The position numbers were made by a program, and so were the translations under genes. The notes beneath the pieces are model-generated. The model saw nothing but the letters and a program-made list of their open reading frames with translations. It did not search any database and had not been told where the DNA came from. From a virus, in IMG/VR virus record IMGVR_UViG_3300045988_112906: a DNA stretch of 64,000 nucleotides; one strand, 5' to 3'. Positions 7,710-17,600 of the stretch are shown here, in pieces (the stretch's first letter is position 1; every line of letters starts with the position of its first letter).

Positions 7710-7964
7710 CTATTAATGCAAATGGGATTTTTGTTTGCAAAGTAACTTTATTTGTAAAATAAGAAATAACTTTACTCTTGTCTTTTATTCACCCTCGGAA
7801 ATAACTGAGGCTAAAATCCACAATATCAATCACTTGTAGTTTTATTACATTTAGCACTATTATTTACAAAATGGGTGGTTTTTGGAGGTGCGAGGGAAAA
7901 TGGTTTGGGGTGGATTGCGCCCCGACAAACAGACTAGTGGGTTGGAGGGATAAATTTCCTTGAC

Positions 7965-8005
7965 CGGAAACACGGCAAAACGTATCGCCAAATATTATAT
8001 ATTTG
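7965..8005 (+). promoter_or_regulatory. Late promoter L1: CGGAAACACGG-N22-TATATTTG
   Basis: Same element and identical spacing as L2-L4. The -7 box ends 26 nt before the 8032 ATG. Confidence 0.65.
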
Positions 8006-8031
8006 CCCTCGTAAATCAAATAATTGCAATT

Positions 8032-8829
8032 ATGAGTGATATTTTAGTAAGAATCCCAAAGAATTTGACCTCTTCCCCAGTGCTTGGGGAGAAGAAGGAG
8101 TGGATATTGGGTGCTGCATCCTTGGCGCTTGGTGTTGGCTCATCTCTGTTTGGTGCTAACAAGGCGAAGAAGGCGGCTAGACGAGCACAAGCCGAGAATC
8201 AGTACAGAACGAACGCTGAGAAGGCTTGGTACGACAAGAACTACAACACGGACTACCTTGATACGAAGGCAGGTTCTAACCTTTTGAGAAGGGCGCAGGA
8301 AGTGCAGGACGAGTATATTCGCAAGGCTGATGGCGCTGCTGCCGTTGGCGGTGGAACTGCTGCAAGCGTGGCACAAGCGAAGGAGAGTGCTAACAAGGCG
8401 ATGGGTGACACGATTGCCAATATCGCAGCGCAGGACACTTCACGCAAGCAGCACGTTGAGGATGCTCACCTTGCCAACACTCAGCAGTTGTCTAGGGAAC
8501 GTCAGCAGATTGAGCAGCAGAAGGCGCAGGCAACGAGCGATGCAGCCCAAAATGCGTCAAATGCGATGTTCAATTTCGGTGTGAACCAATTGGGGTCAGA
8601 ACTTGAAGGGGCTAAGTCACAGAATAACAGTAAGTTAGCAAATTCAACGCCAACACTTGATAACAAGAATGTAACAGACATCAGCACTGGGCTATCACAC
8701 AAGGCTGATGCGAACGGACTTTTGAACCCGAACGCATCCAATAACCAGTTGGCTGGTGGCACGATGCTGGATGAAGCGGTAGGCAACCTCAACAAGAAGA
8801 AGCCGAAGGTTCCTCACCTAGGAGTGTAG
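8032..8829 (+). CDS. Putative virion-internal protein (265 aa; one TM-like segment, Ala/Gln-rich)
   Basis: The ATG at 8032 lies downstream of promoter L1; the track's TTG start at 7960 lies upstream of the promoter. First gene of the late operon that ends in the giant gene. Confidence 0.65.
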   Translation: MSDILVRIPKNLTSSPVLGEKKEWILGAASLALGVGSSLFGANKAKKAARRAQAENQYRTNAEKAWYDKNYNTDYLDTKAGSNLLRRAQEVQDEYIRKADGAAAVGGGTAASVAQAKESANKAMGDTIANIAAQDTSRKQHVEDAHLANTQQLSRERQQIEQQKAQATSDAAQNASNAMFNFGVNQLGSELEGAKSQNNSKLANSTPTLDNKNVTDISTGLSHKADANGLLNPNASNNQLAGGTMLDEAVGNLNKKKPKVPHLGV

Positions 8830-9061
8830 GGCTGGGAAGGTGAGGAGCGAGCGACTGGCGAGGCAAGGGCAGGCAAGGCATAGAGGGACACCCCAAGACC
8901 CCCACCCCCTTTGACCACCGTTTGCAATTATAGTATATAAATACATAAATAAAAATCCCGCACCCCCCCACCCCCTTTTTCTGGATTTCGGTTTTCCGAT
9001 TTTCCCCACCCCTAATTTTTCGAGAAGTGTTAATGAAGTTAAATATTAAAATAATATAGAT

Positions 9062-10201
9062 ATGACATTAGAAGAAGCAAAGAAGATATTGGAGAAAGAG
9101 TTTGCAGTGATTAGTCTTCACAAGTCAACAGAGCCATTTGAGTTTGACGAGAGCAACTGGTTTGGGTATGAGAAGCCTTCTGTGCTTGAAGCTTTCCGTG
9201 TTTTATCCAAGGAAGGTTATTATATAACCATTAGCGGACATGATTACAATATGCGTGAGAAACGTTTGAAGAAGGAGTACGAAGAGAATACCAAGGCTCC
9301 CGGTTCTGCTGAGAACAGCATCAAAGGCGATTTATCTGGAAATAAATCCATTGAACATTGCGGCGAGCCTATTCCTGGTTCTCCTTTGAGCGCAGTAGAA
9401 GGCATAAAGTTGAAGCGGAAAGATAACCAAAATACAAGTGAAAACCCTGCCCTTGCAGAAGCAGCCTCCCAGTTTAACGATGCCTTGTTGGATGAGCAGG
9501 CAAAGAAGATTGCAGAGCTTACTAAGGAGAATGAGCGCCTGGAGAGAGTCAGCAAGACAACGACAGACGAGTTCAATAAGCTTTACTACAGGATGATTAC
9601 AAAGAGCGACAAGATTGAGGCTTTGGGCAAGGAGATTGCCAGACTCAACAAGATCATCCACAAGAAGAACCTGAAGATTGAGGAGTTGAGGAAGGAAAGC
9701 TCTAGACACCTAAGAGGAAAGATGAAGATGTTCGGCGAGAATTTTGATTTTGAACAGAAGTTAAAGGATAAGGACGCAGTTTTGGCTGACGTTGCAGAGG
9801 AACTTCGCCTTTCAAAGATTCGTGAGAAGAATCTGACCGAGGTGTGCCAGAAGTACATGAAGGAGAATGAGGAGTTGAAGAAGGAGCTTGCAGACAAGGT
9901 TGTTGACAAGATTGATGCTCAGGCTTTGAAGAGTGCAGAGAGTGCTCTCGCTTATAAAGAGAAGGTGATTGCCGACTTGACTCACAAGTTGAAGGATAAG
10001 CACAAGAGATATGTATGGTACAAAGGCGCATACTTAGCTGCCCAGCAGATTCTCAACACCATTGCAGATTATGCAGCCAAGCATCCTGATAAGAAATTCA
10101 GCGACCAGATGATTCAAGACGCTCATGTAGAGTGCGGCGCTAAGGTTTTGGTTGACAAGAGTGTTTTTGAACAGATTATGAAAAAGGCTTATGGCAAATA
10201 A
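9062..10201 (+). CDS. Coiled-coil protein (379 aa)
   Basis: ORF track. Long heptad-like Lys/Glu-rich C-terminal half. Confidence 0.65.
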   Translation: MTLEEAKKILEKEFAVISLHKSTEPFEFDESNWFGYEKPSVLEAFRVLSKEGYYITISGHDYNMREKRLKKEYEENTKAPGSAENSIKGDLSGNKSIEHCGEPIPGSPLSAVEGIKLKRKDNQNTSENPALAEAASQFNDALLDEQAKKIAELTKENERLERVSKTTTDEFNKLYYRMITKSDKIEALGKEIARLNKIIHKKNLKIEELRKESSRHLRGKMKMFGENFDFEQKLKDKDAVLADVAEELRLSKIREKNLTEVCQKYMKENEELKKELADKVVDKIDAQALKSAESALAYKEKVIADLTHKLKDKHKRYVWYKGAYLAAQQILNTIADYAAKHPDKKFSDQMIQDAHVECGAKVLVDKSVFEQIMKKAYGK

Positions 10202-11645
10202 TAATCAGAATCCACAGCAGCAGAAAAGGGTACCTGTCTCCATTAATGGGTACCCTGAGGCTGTACATGATATGATGAGGGCTAAGTACCCTGATTATGA
10301 TCAGGTGATGGGATTGGGGAACCAGACTATGCAGGGTGGTCCTAGTGGGCAGATTCCAGCGGTCGCTCCCCAACCTATGAATATGAACGTGTTTCAGCAG
10401 AATGGCGGCGTTACCGGTAAACTGGAAGCTCCTGCTGTTCAGACTCAGCAGGCACAGACAGCAGCTTCTTCTGTACAGACTCCCTATCTTGGTGATGCAG
10501 CAGAGAAGACTCAGCAGCCTCAGACTAGTTTCGAGGGAATGCAGCAGCCTACAGGCTGGAATGAGGACGGCACACCTAGCTATGATGCGCTTTCTTCCGC
10601 ATTGAACGGTTCAGTAGCCCAGCAGAGGCAGGTTCCAGAGTTCCAGGCAGACCCTTCACAGAGGGATGGCGGCTTCTTCGGGTGGCTGGGCAAGCTGATT
10701 CCCAAGAGCCGACCGGGTATGCGTGAGGGTGAGACTCCTGATGAGTATGACCGCAGGATCACCACCAACCGGGAGCGTATTGCGGCATTTGCTGATGCCA
10801 TACGTCACATGGGCAACATCGTGAATACTTCCAAGGGTGCGCCTTTGCAGGTGTTCAACGACCCTACCGCCATGATGGAAGAGGGCTATCAGAAGCGAAA
10901 GGTTCAGAGACAGAAGCAGGATGCCATTGATGCGGATGCGGCTTACAAGCAGGCGAATCTCAGCTTGAAGGAACGAGCAGCAGAAGCACAGAGAGCTTAT
11001 CAGCAGGCTACGCTCGGCTACAAGCAGGCTGAACTTCAGCAAAAAGCCGACAAGGATAAGAGCGATTTAGCTAAATGGAAGGCTAAGTTTGAGTTCGATG
11101 CTGCCAAGGATAATAGAGACTTCGAGTACAAGAAGATTCGTGACAAGATAAAGGACGGACAATGGCAGGCTGGATATGGAATCAAGATTGCTAACCTCAA
11201 CCTATCAAGAGCAAGATTTGCGCATACTGTTGCAAAGGATGCAAGGGGACGTGGTAAAGCCGTCGGCTATGCGACCCCATACGGTAGCCTATACTCCAAT
11301 AAGGAGTTGACACGAAATCAGGAAAACCAGTTATGGGATTTCATGATCAGGAACAAACAGATTACGCCGGCAAAGCTCAGAGAGTATCAAGCAGCCTTGA
11401 ATGATGCAGAGACAGAGGTGAACGGAAAAATCATAAAAGGTTCTTCCTCAAAGGCAAGAGGAATCATTCAGAAGGCTATTGCTTACGGATTCATGGATGC
11501 GACTCCTAAGGGTGATAGGCTTAGAAAGTTCTGTACTACCCAGCTTGGAATGGGTGAAGACAGAGTATATAAAACTCCCCAGAACGCTACGACTTGGGTT
11601 AAAGGTAGCGTGAAGCAGGGAAAGACAGGTAATTGGTCAATTTAA
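10191..11645 (+). CDS. Gln-rich / coiled-coil protein (484 aa)
   Basis: ORF track. Overlaps the upstream gene by 11 nt. Confidence 0.65.
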   Translation: MANNNQNPQQQKRVPVSINGYPEAVHDMMRAKYPDYDQVMGLGNQTMQGGPSGQIPAVAPQPMNMNVFQQNGGVTGKLEAPAVQTQQAQTAASSVQTPYLGDAAEKTQQPQTSFEGMQQPTGWNEDGTPSYDALSSALNGSVAQQRQVPEFQADPSQRDGGFFGWLGKLIPKSRPGMREGETPDEYDRRITTNRERIAAFADAIRHMGNIVNTSKGAPLQVFNDPTAMMEEGYQKRKVQRQKQDAIDADAAYKQANLSLKERAAEAQRAYQQATLGYKQAELQQKADKDKSDLAKWKAKFEFDAAKDNRDFEYKKIRDKIKDGQWQAGYGIKIANLNLSRARFAHTVAKDARGRGKAVGYATPYGSLYSNKELTRNQENQLWDFMIRNKQITPAKLREYQAALNDAETEVNGKIIKGSSSKARGIIQKAIAYGFMDATPKGDRLRKFCTTQLGMGEDRVYKTPQNATTWVKGSVKQGKTGNWSI

Positions 11646-11657
11646 TACATTATATAT

Positions 11658-14600
11658 ATGGCAGACAAAGTAACATCACTTTATAACGCATTAAAGGCGG
11701 ATGGATTGTTCAAGCAGGCAAGAAGCCTGAATGACTTCAAGGCGAAAATGGCTTACCAGGGCTATCGTTCGCAGATTTACAAACTGGCTAGGGATAAGGG
11801 CGCAAATGTCGGCACGTTTTCCCAGTTCACCAATGCGCTTGGTTACAGCAGCGGTAGCCCGAAGCCCAGACAATCTTATGGTAGCTACCATACTCAGCAG
11901 CATAAGCCAGCAGAGAATAAAGCTATGACTACCGCACAGAGGGCAATGCAGGTGGCGCAGGAATATCAGCAGACTCATCAGCCTACTGATTACCTTCACA
12001 GACCGCAGAACCAGATGGGCAGGGCACGGAGAAATGCGCCGGGCAAGGCTTCTCCTTTCGTTCAGTCTCTCTATGAGATTGACAATGCACAGAAGGGACC
12101 TGATTATTCAGTTGACTATACATCACCAAAGGCTACACAGCAGGTGTATCAGCAGAATCAGCAGTTAAGAAGACAGGCGGCTAAGACTGCAGGCGACCAT
12201 ATTGTAAATGATGAGTACCGCAGACAGAGTCAGCCGATGATTGACAACGGAACCGTCGGCGTGATGAAGCCTATGGGCGAGATAGAGCAGGAAATGAGCG
12301 ATGCAGCTGATAGCCTCGTTGCAAGTAGCGGTGACTTCATCAAGAACAGTATCAACAATGAGTATAAGCAGGCAACTCTTAACGCAGAGAAGGAGATTCG
12401 CAGCAATGATGCTATGGGAAATCCTTTCATGGGGTCTAGTGCAGGTCTTATCAGCACTCAGATTGCTAATAAATATGAGTCTCCAGACAAGATAATGGCA
12501 AGCTTGCAGAACAGTATCAAGAAAAATATTGCAAATATTTTGCCTCGGGCTAGAGAACAGGCTATTCGGCTTGGTGTTTCAGAAGACTACTACATCAACA
12601 ATATGGTCCTTCCGAAGATGGTAGAGAAAGCTGTCGGGGATTTCAGAGAGACGGAAGTTGCAAGACGAATGCCTAAGAATGATCTGGACTATTTCGTTCA
12701 GGAGGCTACCAGTTCAAACTATCTTGCAAAACTCGGAATGATGCTCCTGAAAACAAAGAGCCAAAGACAGTTTGACGAGGAGGCGTTGGCTCGCACCAAC
12801 GAAGGAATGAATCCGAATTACAAGCCAAGCACGGCGTTGAGAGTTGGAGCAGACGTAGTAGGTATGGTTTCAGATCCTATTTTCGGTGCATCGGCTAAAG
12901 CGGGCGGACTTGTTGCTGGTAAGCTGATTGGTAATAGTACCAAGCTAGCGGCATTGATGGCTAACGGAAACCTTGCGCAGAGATTGATGGCAAAGGGAGC
13001 ACAGGCTGTGACAAGCGGCGGTGTTACCGGTTTTGTATTCGACTCTACAGGCTCTGTGATTCAGAACTACTCTACCGGTGAAGACACTTCTCTGGGGAAT
13101 ACCTTAAAGGTTGCAGCAAAGGGCGGTGCGACAGGTGCGGTGAACTTTGCTACTATGAGTCTGGCAGGCATTCCTCTAAGTGAAGTTGGAAGAAGCGTAG
13201 GACTGACAGGTATAAAGGGCGGTTCATTCTGGGGAAATGCAGGAAGAGCTACTGCCAAGGTAGGCTTGGAATCAGGAAAGACCTATATGGAAGCTATGGG
13301 TATGTATCTTGGTGGATATGTATCAGGAAAACTTGAAGGAAGAACGGATGCCAACGGAAAACCTATCGAGTTTGATTTGTGGAATGGCACTATGGAGAGT
13401 CTTCCTACCGCCATCGGTTTCAGATTGCAGCATGCCGTGGAAGGATTGAGAGGCGGAAGAAAGAACGAGAAGGGTGAAGATATGGGCTGGTTTGGCTCTA
13501 CCATTGCCAACTTCAAGGATTTCCTCACCTCAGACAAGGCTAAGGAATCAAGATTCCTGATGACGGAGGATGAGAGAAACATGATATTTTCTTCTGGTGC
13601 CATGAACGGCTTGATGCCGGACGGCGAGAATATTGTCAGTTACGCAAAGAGAACCAAGAACAAGAAGGTAAGCTATGATGATCCATATCTGGAAACAGAT
13701 GCTTCCATGATCAAGAACACCTATGACCAAATCATGGCAGATTCTAAAGTTTCTTGGGATGCCAAGGCTAAGTTCTCAGCTATGGTTACAGGAATCATGC
13801 CATCGGCTCGCCCGATGATGGACTATATTACATTCTCTAATGAGGACTATGTAAAGGATGGGCTGCTGAGAGGAAAGCGCAAATACGTGAACGAGTATTC
13901 TGCTAACGGTGAGCTGTTATCAAAGATTCCTTATGACAACAAAGAGGATAGGGATAATGTAGTCTATACCCACAATATCAAGAGGGAGAATCTACGTCTG
14001 TATAACGCAATGGGCTTGCTCGCAAGACAGGATAGAAACAACTATGAGCTACAGAATGACTTCTTTGTGGAAAACATGAAGAAGCCAGGCGCCGATGTCA
14101 ATACCCTTGTAACAAATATGGGTAATGAAGGTTCTGATGTTTTCAGAGATTTTTCACTCTTTGCCTTGAACTCAGAAAAAGGAACTGTTCTGAAAACCAT
14201 TGATTCTGTAGCCGTCCGTAACGGAATGAAGAGTGAGGATCTAATCAAAGCCATGAGAAAGAATCCGATGAAACGAACAGATTTCGAGCAGAATGTATGT
14301 GTAGAGCTTCGCCGTGCATTGGAATCAAAAGCTTTTCCTTACGGTAAGGTTCATGTGGAACAGAGCAATCTCAATGGTAAGGATGTTGCCGAGGACAATA
14401 ACCTTGGAACCGAGCAGCCAAACGGCGATGCAGTAAAGCAGGAACTGAATGGTCTGAGGCAGGCAGAGGAAGAAGTGGAAGTGCTGATGCGTGACAATGA
14501 TGTGTTCAGCCAGAACTTCAAGAAGCTACAGAGCCAAGGCTTAACGAATCCTCAGATTTATGACTGGATGGTCCAGCAGGGCGGCTTGACCGTAGAGCAA

Positions 14601-17600
14601 CTTGAACCATTTGCCCATTATATTAATGCGAACGCTAGAGTGCAGGGTATGCAGGAAGCTACCAAGCAGAAGATTGAAGAAACTGTATCAGCCTTTGTTC
14701 AAGATTGGAGCTATCACGGCACATTTAACGGTCAGCCAATGAATGGCGAACAGGCTCTGTATGTACAGGATAGCAACGGAAGAACCCTTCTTGTGGGTTC
14801 GGGTGATGTCACATTCGACCAGACCAACGGCAGAGCTAAGGAAGGTGTCGGCGATATGCTCGTATGCTTCGACCCTAACACTAAGGAAATGGTCTATGTG
14901 AAAGCTGACGAGGTTACTTTCTTCCAGAATCAGCCTATCGACCAGTTTGCTGCTGAGTATCGCCAGAGATTGCAGATAAAGAACTCTGAGCCTTACAATC
15001 AGGCGGCACAGGAACAGGCGATGCAGGATGCAGCCAAGCCTCAGCAGGAGCAGGAAGCTCCGCAAGATAATACCACAAAATCGGAAGATAGTACCACAAA
15101 ATCGGGTGAAAATGGCAAAGATGATACCACATCTGACACCACATCGGGCAAAAATAATACCACAAATGAGGACTTAGTACCACAAGAGCAGCCACAGCAG
15201 GAAAGCGAGGGTATGAAGCTCGAAGATGGCACTCCTGTTCCTTTTGATGCAAACGGAGATCCTGATTTCATGAAAATGACTCCAGAGCAGGGGGCTGAGG
15301 TCTATAAGATGCTGTTTGAGGAAGATGCGCCAATGCAGATTGACAGCGACATCAAGACCTTGGAGAAAGACTTGGAGAAGGTAAAGGCTTCCAAGTATGA
15401 AGGCGCTTCTGTTATGGAGAGAGCCGCAGCTCGTAAGAAGGTGAAGGAAGCTATCGCACTGGCTGAGACTCAGGTGGAGAAAGCCAAGGCTATCAAGACT
15501 GCCATGGAAAAGAAGCCTGAGGCAGAGAATACCGGTGTAGGTACGGCTGAAAACGCAGGACAATATGAAAAGGAACGTAAGCAGGGCTATCGTGAAGGTG
15601 AAGGCGGCGTTATCTATCATCGTCAGAAGCCAGAGGATGTTGGAGGTGTACGAGGCAAGGAAGTAACAGTAGCCTTCTCCCCTACCGAGAAAGTTGCAGG
15701 TCATGTTAAGCTGGTTGAGCTTGATTCTGTTCAGGCTAGCCACAACAACGGTCAGCTGAATCTTCTTCATTTCGGTCCAGACTGGCAGCCTAAGGACAGA
15801 AGCAGCCAGGCATCAAGAGTTGAGGCTGAGAAGATTGCAGGCAATATTGACCCAGAGCAGATTACTGGCAGCAACAATGCCTTCATAGGTTCGGCGCCGA
15901 GTGTGAACGAAAGACATGAAACCATCCAAGGCAACAACCGTGTGGATGCTTTGAAAGAAATGTATGCCTCTCACCCTGATCAGGCAGCCAAGTACAAGCA
16001 GTGGTTGATTGACCACGCAGCTGAGTTCGGCTTGAATGCTGAGGACATCAAGAAGATGAAGAAGCCTGTGATTGTAAACGAATTGCCTGTAGATGATGCT
16101 ACTGCAAAGAAGCTGGGTCAGATGATGGCTAGCGGATTCGAGAGTGGCGGCAAGCGTATTCCTGAGGTTAGCGCTACCATCAACAAGCTTGGTGACAAGA
16201 TGGAGAATCTGGCAAACGTTCTTCTTGCCGAGGGAACTCTTGGTGAGGATGCCAAGCTCAGCGACTTGATTAACCAGAACTCCAAGCGAGCTTTGGAATA
16301 TCTCAACAAGAACGGATTCATAGACAATACCGAGTATGAGAATCTGGCTACCGATGTTGTTACCAGAAGACAATGGTTAGAGAATGTGTTGAAGGCTAGT
16401 CTGTTTGATGGAAACAGAAAGACAGAAGCCGCATTCAACCGATTGCCAGGCAACGCTCAGAAGGCAGTATTGGCAACCTTCATGCGTGACAGAAACAGCA
16501 AGGCTGAGGATAGGATCAAGGAGAATATTCAGAAATCCTTTGAGGCTTACAATGAATTGAACCAGATTGCAGGGTTCAAGAATGCCAAGAATATCGAGCA
16601 GGCAAGGGCTGCAATACAGGCGGAACTGTTAAATGGTTCTAATAATGTGTTTGGAGAGGCTTCAATTCGAGAAAAATACACTAACTTTGAACTCGAATTA
16701 GCAGCATTATACAAGGGTTTGAAAGACCAGAAGAGCCTGACAGGATTGTTTGGCGAGTTCTACAATGCCGTTCAAGGCAAGATTGGTAAGCAGCTGGATG
16801 CTTTCAGTCAGGAAAATGCTGAGCCTTTAGGTAAGGACGAGGCTATAGAAAAAGTCTTTGGAATCAATAACAAGCAAGATTATGACAGACGAAGAGAAAC
16901 TGAATCTCCTTCTGAATCTGGAGGAGAAGATGGGGCTGAACCAGCAGGAGACAGACCAGCAGAAGCAGGAGAAGGAAGAGTAAATTCTGAGGATGAAGAC
17001 AAGCCAAATTCAGCAGGCTTTACTCCAAAGGAAATTAGAGATCATCAGGAAAAACTTGATAGAGCTAAGGAAAAATACGTAAAGGCTTTAAAAGAAGCCA
17101 AGAGTGAGAAGGAGATCAAAGCAGCGGAAGGTGAATTTGAGTTTGCGTATAAAGATCACCAGAATATGAACGGTGTTCTTGACGAGGCATCTGTGGCTGA
17201 CATGTGGAATAAAGAACTTGAATCAGCAAAGGATTCCGTTAAGAAAGACTCAAAAGAACCGTCCGCAGATCCTATGGAAGGTTTGAAGCAGGCTGCTGAC
17301 GCATTCCATGAAGAGCAGAAGCAGAAAGGTGAATTTGCCATGAACTTGAAGATTGGCAAGGCTCGACAAGATTATGCTGCCGCCAAGGAAAGCGGTGATG
17401 CAGAGCGGACCACCACGGCTGCCAAGGAATTGAAGCATCTCTTAGACGACAGATTGAAGCAAGAGGGTAAAGGTCTTGCTGAGAGACAGAAGATTATCGC
17501 CGAAGAGATAGGAAAGGCTGAGGCTGAGATAATCGACAAGCCTTGGGAACAGATGGACTTGGAGGAACGAGAAGCTGTTTCTTCAAAGAACCCTCTCACG

